From NCBI GenBank assembly GCA_963850305.1, contig CAWKKR010000011.1, positions 384,001 through 448,000 on the forward strand: a stretch of DNA of 64,000 nucleotides, read 5' to 3'. Source of the DNA: an uncultured delta proteobacterium (GTDB lineage: Bacteria; Myxococcota_A; Polyangia; Polyangiales; Polyangiaceae). Below are positions 10,014-20,107 of this stretch, piece by piece; the stretch's first letter is position 1, and every line of letters begins with the position of its first letter. The notes under the pieces are model-generated. The model searched no databases. It saw nothing but the letters and a program-made list of their open reading frames with translations, and had not been told where the DNA came from. The position numbers were made by a program, and so were the translations under genes.

Positions 10014-10959
10014 CTGCAGGAGATGCGGGCGCGTCGCCTGAAGGAGCCGGCTTGGCGCTCGCCCAGCGATCGAGCTCGGTTCGAATGTCCGCCGTTCGCG
10101 GCCCGTCCGGGAACTCCTTGAGATACTGCGCGGCCAGCGTCGAAGCGTGGTCCATGTTGCCCTGCTCGGACGCCATGTCGATCTGCCGGGCCAGCGCATC
10201 TTCGGCAAAATCTCCGCCGGGGGACAACGCTCTATACATCGCAAAGGCCTGCTCCGCGCCCGTAAAATCACGGACCTTGGCAAGCTCGTTCCCCAGCATC
10301 CAGGCCGCGACGGGTGCGTTCGGATCGGCACCGTGCTCGTTCACGATTCGACGGAGCGCGAGGATGCCGCGGTCACGCTGACCCGTCGCGCGCGCGACGT
10401 CCACGAGCGACATCAATTCCTCCGTGCTCGCGCCGCGCAACGCGGCGTCGAAGCCGCCCGCGGATTCGAGCGCGGCGGAAGCTTCGGCGTATTGTCCTTC
10501 GTCCGCGAGGCGTTGCCACTCCGGCGAAGCAGCGTGCTCGGCGGGCGTCCCTGCTGCTGCTGGTTCAGGCGCCGGCTCCGACGTCACCACATCCGCGTGC
10601 CGCGCGCCCGCGGCGCGATGGGGCGGACGCGCGGGCACCACGTCGCCCGGCGTCGCTGCTCCGAGGTTCGACGCAGGCCGAGATGCGGGTGCTGCCGCTG
10701 GCGCCAGCCGCTCGATGGGCTCGGCGCCCAGGGACGAAAGAGCAATCGGCTGGTGTGCGAAGAGACGGGCGCCCACGATCACTCCGAGCACGAACGTCCC
10801 GAACGCAAACGTGATCGCAAACCCCCGAGATCGTCCGGGCCTGCGCCGCACGACCAGGTCCTCACGCAAGCGGCTCCAGACACGCTCGACTCGCGCCTCG
10901 ACGCCGTGGTCGCGAATGGCGTCGACGGGGATCTCGGAGAAGCTCCTGCGATCGCTCAT
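9976..10959 (-). CDS. Putative anti-sigma factor: membrane protein with C-terminal TPR-like repeats
   Basis: Single TM helix (FAITFAFGTFVLGVIVG), Pro/Ala linker, AQYLKEFPDGP; ATGA overlap with the sigma gene. Confidence 0.7.
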   Translation of the reverse strand: MSDRRSFSEIPVDAIRDHGVEARVERVWSRLREDLVVRRRPGRSRGFAITFAFGTFVLGVIVGARLFAHQPIALSSLGAEPIERLAPAAAPASRPASNLGAATPGDVVPARPPHRAAGARHADVVTSEPAPEPAAAGTPAEHAASPEWQRLADEGQYAEASAALESAGGFDAALRGASTEELMSLVDVARATGQRDRGILALRRIVNEHGADPNAPVAAWMLGNELAKVRDFTGAEQAFAMYRALSPGGDFAEDALARQIDMASEQGNMDHASTLAAQYLKEFPDGPRTADIRTELDRWASAKPAPSGDAPASPAGEPLLPDAGVPR

Positions 10960-11606
10960 GGCTCGGACCCGCGCAGTGAAGAGACGAAATGTTCGCTCAG
11001 GAAGTGCTGAGCGCGCGCGATGCGACGCTTGGCCGTCGCCAGCGAGCAATCGGTCATCTCGGCAACACCTTCGAGCCTGTGCCGCTCTACGTAACGGAGC
11101 GTCCACGCGATCCGATCGTTGGCGGGCATCGTACCGAGTAGCGCGTACACCTGAGCGAGAAGCGCACGAACCTCTGGCCCGGCGTCGGACGAGGCCACGG
11201 AGTCGAGATCGACGGGCTCGCTCGACTGAGCCATACCGAGCGAGCGAAGCAAGCGACGCTTGCGCAGCCGCGTTCGGACGAGCCTCACCACGATGGACCC
11301 GAGCCACGCTCGGAACGCGTTTGCGTCCCGCAAGCTGTCGAGCCGCTCATGTGCGCGCAGGAACGCGTCGTGTACGACGTCCTCGGCGTCGGTTGCGCCA
11401 CCCTGGAGCCGTACCACGAGGTTCAGCGCGAACGCGGCGTGTCGCCGGTAAAGAATCTCGAACGCGCCAGAGTCGCTCTCCGCCGTGAGGCGAACGAGCT
11501 GGGCATCCGTGAGCTGCGCGAGCGCTCCCGCCGCCCTGTCGACGTGCGGAGCTTCCGGAGGGTGTTGACCGCCGGAAAGCACCCTGAGACGCGCAGGCTC
11601 GGCCAT
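10956..11606 (-). CDS. ECF RNA polymerase sigma factor
   Basis: AFEILYRRH, DAEDVVHDAF, FRAWL; region 4 SLATAKRRIARA. Confidence 0.9.
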   Translation of the reverse strand: MAEPARLRVLSGGQHPPEAPHVDRAAGALAQLTDAQLVRLTAESDSGAFEILYRRHAAFALNLVVRLQGGATDAEDVVHDAFLRAHERLDSLRDANAFRAWLGSIVVRLVRTRLRKRRLLRSLGMAQSSEPVDLDSVASSDAGPEVRALLAQVYALLGTMPANDRIAWTLRYVERHRLEGVAEMTDCSLATAKRRIARAQHFLSEHFVSSLRGSEP

Positions 11607-11811
11607 TGTCTTCAACGATGGACGCGGAGTGCGGCCATTTCGGCTCAACCGGAAGCCGGGAAGAACGGTATCACGGGTCGTTTCGTCGACTCATCGGACG
11701 GATTTTGACGGATCCTCGGTTGGAGTGAGCCGATCCGCGGGGCTCAGGCATCTCATGGGGGCGAGCCCGATGCCCGTTGGCGCCGGTGCCGTTCAGTCCA
11801 GGAGAATTCAT

Positions 11812-12042
11812 ATGAAGATTCGTCATCTTGCGATCGTTCCCGCCCTTTTCATCATGACCGCCTGCGGCGGTAGCACGCCCGAACCCGAGACTCCGGCTTC
11901 GGCAGGGGCGACCGAGGCGAAGCCCGCCGACGAGGCGAAGCCCGCCGACGAGGCGAAGCCCGCCGACGACGCGAAGCCCGCTGACGACGCGAAGCCCGCT
12001 GACGACGCGAAGCCCGCTGACGACGCGAAGCCCGCCGAGTGA
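11812..12042 (+). CDS. Small lipoprotein with 7 (E/D)AKPA(D/E) repeats
   Basis: RBS AGGAG, lipobox MTAC, 18-bp repeats at 11914-12039. Confidence 0.85.
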   Translation: MKIRHLAIVPALFIMTACGGSTPEPETPASAGATEAKPADEAKPADEAKPADDAKPADDAKPADDAKPADDAKPAE

Positions 12043-12064
12043 TTGCGTCGAGCTGAAGCGCGAC

Positions 12065-12100
12065 CGGCCGGGGCAAACGCCCCGGCCGTGTTCGTTTTGT
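12065..12100 (+). terminator. Rho-independent terminator-like hairpin between convergent genes
   Basis: CGGCCGGGGC-AAAC-GCCCCGGCCG followed by TGTTCGTTTTGT. Confidence 0.8.
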
Positions 12101-12103
12101 GGC

Positions 12104-13501
12104 TCAGGCGACGGCGGCACTCAGATCCACGACGAGCCGGGTGCGGCCTATCAGAAGCTCGTCCCCGTGCACCAGCTCCTGCTCGCCGCGGATCCGGACG
12201 AAGACTCCCGTTCGCGAGCCCAGGTCAGTCAGCACGACGGTCCCCGCCTGCTCTTCGACGATGCAGTGCTGTTGATCCACGAGCGGATCGTCGGCGAAGA
12301 CGAGATCGCCGATCACGGAACCCACTTGCAGCGTGTTTCCGCGCGCAACGACACAGGCCCCCGGGGCACCCCCTTCGAAAATCTGCACTACCCGAAAGGA
12401 CGAAGGCCACTTGGGTGACGAGTAGAAATAAGTGGGTTCCGGATCCGGTCCGTCATCGGGAACCGGGTTCTTGGACACGCGGAGAAGCTGATCGCCCACG
12501 AGGAACTCATCACCGAACTCGAGCTCGACGGGTGTGCGAATGCGGAGAAACACGCCGTTACCGCCTTCGAGATCCGAAAGCCAGAGCCGACCCTGCCGGT
12601 AGGCTAGCTCCGCTTCTCGCGGGTGGCAGAAGCGCTCGCCGGGCATGTTGATGGGGCCGGACGAGCCGATGATGGCGTGATCGCCCACCGGCTCGTAGCG
12701 CTCGGGTCCGCCCGCGAGGCTCCGGAGCACGTGAAGACGGAAGTGCGGGCGCGCGACGGCGCGAACCGCGACGGGACGCGAGGCCGTCGACGGGGCTGCG
12801 GACGGCGGAGCCTTCGCGCGTGATGCCGGGGAAGCATCGGCGCGCTCCTGCTTTTTGCTGGCAAGCTTGCGAACCGCGTCGACGTTCGGAGCTTCCGTCA
12901 GGAGCGTCATGCCGCCTATTTCGCGTCCGGCGATCACGGCGTCGAATCGTCCGTCGCGCAACGCGAGCACCATCTCCATGTGCTGCGCTTTCATGAGACC
13001 ACGCACATACACCGCAACGTCCGGGCGACGAACCTCACGGTCGTACGAGCGCTTGTGACTTTTGATGACGCGTCCGCCGTCAGCGAAGAGGTGAGTGATG
13101 ATGTGTGGTGCATCGAGACCGGAGTCCTCGGTCTGAACGTGGAAGACCTGACCCTCGTACTTCACGTTGTTGTTGAAGCCCATCTGCGCGCGGCGGAACG
13201 TGGGCCGCCGCATCTCGGCTTCCAGACGGGCAACCTCGTCGGGCGAGAACTGCGTCAGTGCCGCAGAGAGGGTTTCATGCTCGCCGGGAATCCCCTCCAT
13301 GCGCTCGAACGCCTCTTGCGCGACGCGCGCGCTGGGATCGATCCGGAGCGCCTCGGCCAGCAGCTGCTGGCCTGCGGTGTCGCTCGGCCCCGTAACTGCC
13401 CATGCGGCCAGGAGGGCCACCGCCTCGTCCGGGCGGCTCTTCTCGACGAGCCACTGCGCAACGCGGCCGGCGCTGGCCCGGATCCCAGAGACGTCCGTCA
13501 T
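12104..13501 (-). CDS. FHA-domain protein (two FHA-like domains)
   Basis: LSDLEGGNGVFLRI and LTDLGSRTGVFVRI...GDELLIG; N-terminal helical region; GFNNNVKY...HVQTEDSG block. Confidence 0.82.
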   Translation of the reverse strand: MTDVSGIRASAGRVAQWLVEKSRPDEAVALLAAWAVTGPSDTAGQQLLAEALRIDPSARVAQEAFERMEGIPGEHETLSAALTQFSPDEVARLEAEMRRPTFRRAQMGFNNNVKYEGQVFHVQTEDSGLDAPHIITHLFADGGRVIKSHKRSYDREVRRPDVAVYVRGLMKAQHMEMVLALRDGRFDAVIAGREIGGMTLLTEAPNVDAVRKLASKKQERADASPASRAKAPPSAAPSTASRPVAVRAVARPHFRLHVLRSLAGGPERYEPVGDHAIIGSSGPINMPGERFCHPREAELAYRQGRLWLSDLEGGNGVFLRIRTPVELEFGDEFLVGDQLLRVSKNPVPDDGPDPEPTYFYSSPKWPSSFRVVQIFEGGAPGACVVARGNTLQVGSVIGDLVFADDPLVDQQHCIVEEQAGTVVLTDLGSRTGVFVRIRGEQELVHGDELLIGRTRLVVDLSAAVA

Positions 13502-13636
13502 CGGCTACGAGCCTCGTCCAGCTGATGCAGGCTCAAGCAAACCGAGCTCACCATCGAGGCTAGGAATATAGCCGTTCAGGCCGTACGGAACGCGAGTTAT
13601 TTCGAGGTTGCCGCGGTTCGGTCGAGCCCCGGCGTC

Positions 13637-15778
13637 TCAATTCGTCGCCGGGAGAATCCCGCCGCAATCGGCGGGACACGTCTGCGGTTCGAGCGGCGGC
13701 TCGCAGATGTGGTTCCCGCAAACGGGGGCGCCTGGGCCACAGTCACCTGGACAGTTGGAGGCGTTCTCGCCGTCCGTACATAGACCGTCACCGCAGAAGC
13801 GCCCACCCACGCAGTCTTGTGGACAATTCGTCGCGCTCTCGCCGGGGGCGCAGAAGCCATCTCCGCACTTCGACGCCTCGATGCAGTCCGTGGGGCACGT
13901 CTGTCCGGTCTCGCCGGGACCGCAGATGCCGTCGCCGCAGACCGTGCAGTCCTTCGGACAACTCTGAGCGGTCTCGCCGGCGCTGCAAATCCCGTCGCCG
14001 CACACGTGACAATCGAGTGGGCAGCTGAGCGTGGTCTCGTTGCCGGAACAAACCCCATCGCCACACGTCTTTGGACAGTCCGACGGGCAACTCTGCGCAG
14101 TCTCGCCGGGGCCGCAATGCCCGTCACCGCAGACGCTGCAGTCCTGGGGACAACTGAATGGGTTTTCCGTCCCGGAACACACGCCGTCTCCGCAGAACGC
14201 GACGGGTTTGCAATCGGCCGGACAGGTCTGCGACGACTCCGGAGCGACGCAAAGGCCGTCTCCGCAACCACCGCAATCCGCCGGGCACGTCTTGGGGCTT
14301 TCCTGGCTCGAACAGACACCGTCCCCGCAAACCAGGAGGCAATCCCTGGGGCAGCTCGCGGATTCGCCGGGGCCGCAAATGCCATCGCCACAGACAGCGT
14401 TGACGCAATCCTTGCAATTGGAGGCGTTCTCTCCCGAGCCGCAGATGCCGTCGCCGCAGTAGCCGCAATCGGGGTTGCAGGTCTGGCCATTCTCGTAACT
14501 GGTGTTGCAGAACCCGTCGCCGCAGTAGCCGCGACAATCGGTCTGACAGCTCCGGGGCGTCTCGGTTCCCGTGCACGCTCCGTCGCCGCAGACGGTGCAA
14601 TCGTAAGCACAGTTCAGCTGAGTCTCTGCAGCTCCGCACACTCCGTCACCGCAGTAGCCGCAGTCGTAAGCACAAGACTGCGCGTTCTCCGCGCCCGTGC
14701 AACTCCCGTCCCCGCAGATAGGCACGCAATCGGACGGACAGGTTACTGGGTCGCTCGGCCCGCAAAAGAAGTCGTTGCAGACCGAGCAGTCGCGCGGGCA
14801 CGTCGCGGTGTATTCGCCCGGCTCGCAGACGCCATCGCCGCACCTGGGACCGCAGTCGGAGCAGTTCTGTGCGGTCTCCGCCGCGCCACAAACGCCGTCG
14901 CCACAATAACCGCAGTCGTAGGGACAGCTCGCCGGACTCTCGCCGGCTTCGCAGAGGTTGTTGCCGCAGCTGGCGAAGACGCAATCACTCGGGCAGGTGT
15001 AAGGGGTCTCACTCGCATCACAGATTCGGTTGCCGCAATTCCCGCAATCGTTCGGACACGTCGCCGACGACTCCGAGGCCTCGCAAATACCATCGAAGTT
15101 GCAGGTGCTCGCACAATCCGTGGGGCAGCTGCTCGGCGTTTCTCCGCTCTCGCAAACTCCGTTGAAATCGCAGGAGCCCCCGCAATCCTCGGGACAGGTC
15201 TCGAACTCTTGCCCGGCACAGATTCCGTCTCCGCAGATCGTCGGCGCGCAATCCGCGGCACACGTGAGTGACGTCTCCGGCGGACCGCAGACGTGATCCC
15301 CACAAAACCCGCAATCGGGGTTGCAGGAAACAGCGGTCTCGTTGCTTTCGCAAATGCCGTCACCGCAGAATCCGGCGCAGTCTTGGGGGCACGACCCGGG
15401 CGACTCATTCGCCTCGCAGATGCCGTCACCGCATGGGCCTTCGCAGTCCGCAGGGCACGTCTTCGACGATTCGCTACTCTCGCAAACGCCATCGCCGCAC
15501 GAAGTCGGTCCGCAATCGCGAGGGCAGGTCGCTTTCTCGCCCGGATCGCAATGGCCGTTGCCACACAGATTGCCGGCGGGACAATCGGCGGGACACGTCT
15601 TGGCTGTCTCCGTGGAGTCGCAGATACCGTCGCCGCACACCGAGTCGGGGCCACCATCGCCGAATTCTCGGCCTGGGCCACCCGGAATCTCGGCACGGCC
15701 GCACCCAGCAAGTGCAAACGCGCTCGCGCACAGCGCCATCGACGCAATACCCACCCAGGTCCGATTCCCCGAAGTCAT
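13637..15778 (-). CDS. Lipoprotein made of ~30 four-Cys repeats (CGDGxC-x3-E-x4-CPxDC)
   Basis: Lipobox LAGC; 30 repeats counted by eye; no other domain visible. Confidence 0.88.
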   Translation of the reverse strand: MTSGNRTWVGIASMALCASAFALAGCGRAEIPGGPGREFGDGGPDSVCGDGICDSTETAKTCPADCPAGNLCGNGHCDPGEKATCPRDCGPTSCGDGVCESSESSKTCPADCEGPCGDGICEANESPGSCPQDCAGFCGDGICESNETAVSCNPDCGFCGDHVCGPPETSLTCAADCAPTICGDGICAGQEFETCPEDCGGSCDFNGVCESGETPSSCPTDCASTCNFDGICEASESSATCPNDCGNCGNRICDASETPYTCPSDCVFASCGNNLCEAGESPASCPYDCGYCGDGVCGAAETAQNCSDCGPRCGDGVCEPGEYTATCPRDCSVCNDFFCGPSDPVTCPSDCVPICGDGSCTGAENAQSCAYDCGYCGDGVCGAAETQLNCAYDCTVCGDGACTGTETPRSCQTDCRGYCGDGFCNTSYENGQTCNPDCGYCGDGICGSGENASNCKDCVNAVCGDGICGPGESASCPRDCLLVCGDGVCSSQESPKTCPADCGGCGDGLCVAPESSQTCPADCKPVAFCGDGVCSGTENPFSCPQDCSVCGDGHCGPGETAQSCPSDCPKTCGDGVCSGNETTLSCPLDCHVCGDGICSAGETAQSCPKDCTVCGDGICGPGETGQTCPTDCIEASKCGDGFCAPGESATNCPQDCVGGRFCGDGLCTDGENASNCPGDCGPGAPVCGNHICEPPLEPQTCPADCGGILPATN

Positions 15779-16006
15779 GCGTTTTGGGATTTCAGCAAGA
15801 GGCGGGCCACAGGGCCAACGTTCCTACGTGGGGCCGCTCCCGCTCGGTGCAGCTCTTTCCACGCGTGAGTCGCACGGAGCCATGTCGAGGGTGAGCCAAC
15901 TCGCAGGCCCTCCGCAAGTGGCACAGCCACGACAACGGTGTCCGACATCGGCGGCGATGTCCCGGCTAGACGAGCGTTCAGTGCGCTCGAGCGGGAAGCC
16001 CGACGT

Positions 16007-16747
16007 TCAGAGCGCGTCGAGGTCAGTCCGACCGAGATCCTCCACGCCACGACAACGAGCGTCGAAGACGTCCGCGAGAATCATCGCCGTAGCCTCGGCC
16101 TCGGCACGCATGTCCGGGGCGACCCGCGTGAGGTCGAGCACGGAAGTCACGCCGTAATTGGCGATGCCACAAGGCACGATGAGCCGAAAAAGATCGGTTT
16201 CCGGCGAGAGATTCAGAGCAAACCCATGCATCGTTACCCACCGGGACACCCGAACCCCGATGGCGCCGATCTTCGCGAGCTCGACGGCGTGTTCGGGCCC
16301 GGGCCAGGCTTCGATCGACGCGCGATCGACCCAGAGCCCGATCAAGTCCGGCACCGTGCCCGCCGAGATCCCGTGGCGGAGGACCATGCGGCGCATCGTT
16401 TCCGCCAGGTCGCGGACGTAGCGACGGACATCCCGGCGGTCGGGGGAAAGGTCGAAGATCGGATAGGCGACGAGCTGCCCGGGCGCGTGAAGGGTCACAT
16501 CCCCGCCCCGGTTCGTCGTGACGACGTCCACTCCGCGTTCGCTCAGCGTCTCCTTATCGAAAAGGACATGGGACGGGTCCGCGCCGCGGCCCAGCGTGAC
16601 GACGGGCGTGTGTTCCAATAGCACTACCGTGTCGACGATGCGTCCCGTGGCGCGCGCCGCGCACAGCCGCTCCTGCAGTCGAAGGACGGGCTCGTACGGA
16701 CGCGTTCCGACCCACACCGCTCGAATCTCGCGTCGCGAAGCGATCAC
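16007..16747 (-). CDS. lipB: Lipoyl(octanoyl) transferase LipB
   Basis: LLEHTPVVTLGR, RGGDVTLHAPGQLVAYP, KIGAIG, TMHGFALN, IVPCG. Confidence 0.95.
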   Translation of the reverse strand: MIASRREIRAVWVGTRPYEPVLRLQERLCAARATGRIVDTVVLLEHTPVVTLGRGADPSHVLFDKETLSERGVDVVTTNRGGDVTLHAPGQLVAYPIFDLSPDRRDVRRYVRDLAETMRRMVLRHGISAGTVPDLIGLWVDRASIEAWPGPEHAVELAKIGAIGVRVSRWVTMHGFALNLSPETDLFRLIVPCGIANYGVTSVLDLTRVAPDMRAEAEATAMILADVFDARCRGVEDLGRTDLDAL

Positions 16748-18243
16748 TCGGGGACTTTCGTCCCGAGCTCGCGTTGCTCTTCGAGCCATCGGTCGATGCG
16801 GTCCGTGAATTCCCCCGCCACACTCGGGTCGAACTGGCTGCCCGAGCACCGGACTATCTCGCTGACCGTCACCTCGTGCGGGAGGGCGCGCCGGTACGCA
16901 CGGTCGCTCGTCATCGCGTCGTAGGTATCGGCGACGGAAATGATGCGGGCGATGAGCGGAATGTCCTCACCCTTGAGACCGATCGGGTACCCACGGCCGT
17001 CCCACCGTTCGTGATGGAGGTGCACGCCGGGGATCACGGGCTCGAGAAATCGGATCGGATCGAGGATCTCGCGACCGTACGCGGGATGCTTCTTGAAGAT
17101 CTCGTACTCGTCTTGCGTCAGCTTGCCCGGCTTGTTGAGATTCATGACGCAGCCGATCTTGCCGATGTCGTGCATGAGCGCGGCGTGACGCACGACCTCG
17201 ACGAACGGCGGCGCGGCGCCGAGCCATTTGGCGAGAACCGAAGCGTACCGCGAGACGCGCTCCGAATGGCCGGCCGTGTAACGATCCATCTTGTCGATCG
17301 TGCGAGCGAGGCTCTGGATCGTCTGCTGGAAGGTCGACTGAAGGTCCTCGTAGAGTCTCGCGTTGTCAATCGCGGCAGCGGCCCGCGACGCCACGATGCT
17401 GAGGAGCTTTCTCTGTCCCTCGAGGAAGCGCTTCCCTTCCGTCAAGCTGATTGCTGCGATCCAGCCCAGAAGTCGCTCCCGAGTGCGAAGTGGTACGACG
17501 GCAACGCTCGAGACGGGCTTGTCGGGTTGCTCGGCAAAGAACTCGGCTGCTCGCGCACCGTGCTCGACCACGGGCTCGCCACCGGCGAGCCGGACTTTGA
17601 GCTGTACGTCGTCGAAGCGGCCGGCGCTCTCACAATCGTGGAGCGACGGGCCGCGATCCACCTTGCGCTCGAAGTACCCTCCGGCGCCGTCGTCGAGCCA
17701 CGTACTCGCGACGTCCGCGTGAACTTCGTGGATCGCGCTGTCGGAAAGGGTCGCGATGACCTCGTCGAGCGACAGGCTCGCGGCGATGGCTTCGCTCACC
17801 TTGTAGAGGGACAGAGCCTCGCGGAGCCGCAGGTTCTCCGCGGCGAGACGCTGCTTCTCGAGCCCCCGCTGCACGATGTGGATGACCTCTTCGACCTTGA
17901 ACGGCTTCAGGATGTAGTCGTACGCGCCGCGCTTCATCGCGTCGATCGCCGTCTCGACGGTCCCGAACCCGGTCATGATGATGGTCATCGTGTCCGGGTG
18001 CGCCTCGGACACCTCGCGGAGGAGCTCGATCCCGCCCATGCGCGGCATCTTCAGATCGCTGATCACCAGATCGAAACGCGAGAGCCGAAGTTCGTCGGCG
18101 GCCGCGGCGCCGTCCTCGGCCGTTCGCACGACGTACCCTTCCATGACGAGGAAGTCCGCGATGATGTCGCGGATGAACTTCTCGTCATCCACCACCAGAA
18201 TTCGCGCGTGCTCGCCCGAATGGGGCGCGTCGGGCTGCGACAT
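16744..18243 (-). CDS. REC-GAF-HD-GYP response regulator (c-di-GMP phosphodiesterase-type)
   Basis: ILVVDDE receiver domain, GAF-like middle, HDIGK, HHERWDGRGYP. Confidence 0.92.
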   Translation of the reverse strand: MSQPDAPHSGEHARILVVDDEKFIRDIIADFLVMEGYVVRTAEDGAAAADELRLSRFDLVISDLKMPRMGGIELLREVSEAHPDTMTIIMTGFGTVETAIDAMKRGAYDYILKPFKVEEVIHIVQRGLEKQRLAAENLRLREALSLYKVSEAIAASLSLDEVIATLSDSAIHEVHADVASTWLDDGAGGYFERKVDRGPSLHDCESAGRFDDVQLKVRLAGGEPVVEHGARAAEFFAEQPDKPVSSVAVVPLRTRERLLGWIAAISLTEGKRFLEGQRKLLSIVASRAAAAIDNARLYEDLQSTFQQTIQSLARTIDKMDRYTAGHSERVSRYASVLAKWLGAAPPFVEVVRHAALMHDIGKIGCVMNLNKPGKLTQDEYEIFKKHPAYGREILDPIRFLEPVIPGVHLHHERWDGRGYPIGLKGEDIPLIARIISVADTYDAMTSDRAYRRALPHEVTVSEIVRCSGSQFDPSVAGEFTDRIDRWLEEQRELGTKVPE

Positions 18244-18281
18244 ACCGGCAAACAGCTTACTCTAGCGAGTCGCGCGCCGTC

Positions 18282-18875
18282 CTAATGATCTGGCTGCTCG
18301 CCTAGCAGGCCCCCGAGTGTGTGGCGAGCGCGGGGATCGTACGACTTCAGGTAAGAGAGATTCAGTGCGTTGACGAGCGCGTGCGCGACGAGCGGGCCCA
18401 GCAGCGAGCCGGTGAGCTGGAAGATTCCGCCGAAGGCGAGCCCGACTACGGTCGCCCAGGTGACCCAGACCCAGCGACTTTGGCCGCGGATCTGATGCGC
18501 CGCGCCGAATATCAACGACTGCGCGACGATCCCGACGCAGGGCTGCAGCAGACCGCGAAAGAGCATCTCTTCCCCGAAGGCGCTCAGGGCCGCCATCACC
18601 AGAATGGACGACACCGACATCCCACTGGCATACGGCCGGAGCGCGGAGTGCAGCTCTCGTGCCCAGGAGAACCGCGTGACGGCCAGACGCGTCGAGAAGG
18701 CGACCAATCCGCCGAAGGCAACGCCCCAGAGCAAGCTGTAGACGTGGCGCGCCGCCGGGCCGAGCTCGAGCCAGGGGTCGGGATAGAGGAACGCGGACTG
18801 TCCGCGCCACAGATCGACCAGAACGAGCGCCAGGATCCCCAGGAGGGCGTAGGCGGCGGCACCCCAACGGAGCAT
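18282..18875 (-). CDS. CPBP (CAAX/Abi) intramembrane metalloprotease
   Basis: EEMLFRG, FGAAH, AHALVN. Confidence 0.88.
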   Translation of the reverse strand: MLRWGAAAYALLGILALVLVDLWRGQSAFLYPDPWLELGPAARHVYSLLWGVAFGGLVAFSTRLAVTRFSWARELHSALRPYASGMSVSSILVMAALSAFGEEMLFRGLLQPCVGIVAQSLIFGAAHQIRGQSRWVWVTWATVVGLAFGGIFQLTGSLLGPLVAHALVNALNLSYLKSYDPRARHTLGGLLGEQPDH

Positions 18876-18985
18876 CGGGGACGCACTATGACATTTGCCC
18901 TCTGTTTTCGCATCGGGTTCCGGGCTTCCTCGGACGTTCATCTCGGGGGAGACAGCGAGGCCGAGCTGTGTAAAGTCCCGTCACG

Positions 18986-19690
18986 GTGGACGCGCGCGAC
19001 AACCCCGAGGTCCTGGAGAGGTTCCATCGTTCGCTCGATCTCGTCGACATCGTCGCCCGCCAGATTCGCCGGACGATCGGTCAAAGCATCGACCTCGACG
19101 ATCTGCTGAGCTACGGCCGCGAGGGGCTGCTCGACGCCGCCAGAAAGTACGATCCCGGGCGGGGCGTTCCGTTTCGTGCTTACGCGAATTTCCGTGTTCG
19201 AGGCGCGGTGGTCGATGGAGTTCGGGCAAGTGCCCGACTGCCGCGACGGGTACACGAGCGGCTGCGGGGCCTCGAAGCGGCGAATCGAGTCTCCGAGGGC
19301 GCCTTGGAAGACACGCTGGCTGCGTCGGCGCCGGGTACGAGACACGACGCGGAGCAGGCTCTCGAGAAACACCTGGCCTCGCTGGCCACGGCCATCGCTG
19401 TCGGCCTCCTTTCCGAGGCCGCTCGCGGCGAGGAGGGGGAGCTCACCACGGTCGACGCGGGACGCAGCCCCGAGGAGGCGTTGAGCCAAGCCGAGTTGTT
19501 CGTGATGGTGCGAGCTGCGATCGATACTCTTCCGGATGAGGAAGCAATACTGGTCCGTCGCCATTACCTGAACGGCGAGCGCTTCGACCTGGTCGCCGCC
19601 GAACTCGGACTCAGTAAGTCCTGGGCGAGCCGCCTTCACACCCGAGCGATTGGACGCCTCGCGAAACGACTGCGCGGCGTGGCGGACTGA
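18986..19690 (+). CDS. FliA/WhiG-family sigma factor
   Basis: DDLLSYGREGLLDAARKYDPGRGVPFRAYANFRVRGAVVDGVR; region 4 LGLSKSWASRLH. Confidence 0.88.
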   Translation: MDARDNPEVLERFHRSLDLVDIVARQIRRTIGQSIDLDDLLSYGREGLLDAARKYDPGRGVPFRAYANFRVRGAVVDGVRASARLPRRVHERLRGLEAANRVSEGALEDTLAASAPGTRHDAEQALEKHLASLATAIAVGLLSEAARGEEGELTTVDAGRSPEEALSQAELFVMVRAAIDTLPDEEAILVRRHYLNGERFDLVAAELGLSKSWASRLHTRAIGRLAKRLRGVAD

Positions 19691-20020
19691 TCAATCGATC
19701 TTGCCCGTGTCCGCGCTTGCGTCGCGAGGCGACGCATCGCCCTTTGCCGCGTCCGACATCGCGGCGTCGCCTGCCTGGCGCTGACCTGAATCTCGCACGA
19801 CGTCGCTTCCGTCCTCGACACCGGCATCCATCGCGGGCGCGCCACCCGCGCCGTTGCTCTTGCTGGGGTGCCCCGCGTCGTACGGCGGGGTGATGGCGGT
19901 CGCCCCGCCTGCCTGGATGATGCCGTATGTTTTCGGAGAAACCACCTTCGGCGCGGTGCATGCCGAAGGCAGCGCCGCCAAGGCGGTCGCGAAAGCCCAA
20001 AATTTAGCCGGAAGATGCAT
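19691..20020 (-). CDS. Small hypothetical lipoprotein
   Basis: Lipobox-like PSAC; low-complexity DAG-rich tail. Confidence 0.55.
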   Translation of the reverse strand: MHLPAKFWAFATALAALPSACTAPKVVSPKTYGIIQAGGATAITPPYDAGHPSKSNGAGGAPAMDAGVEDGSDVVRDSGQRQAGDAAMSDAAKGDASPRDASADTGKID

Positions 20021-20107
20021 TTTATCTCACGAGGCCGACGGCCTCGTCCCGTAAAGGAAGCGGGGGCATATACAGCACACTCCGGGATCCTGGGCTAGTC
20101 TGGGACC

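Noticed and set aside
13637..15778. Multiheme cytochrome or ferredoxin
   Set aside because: No repeated CxxCH and no ferredoxin CxxCxxCxxxC pattern; the spacing fits disulfide-type repeats
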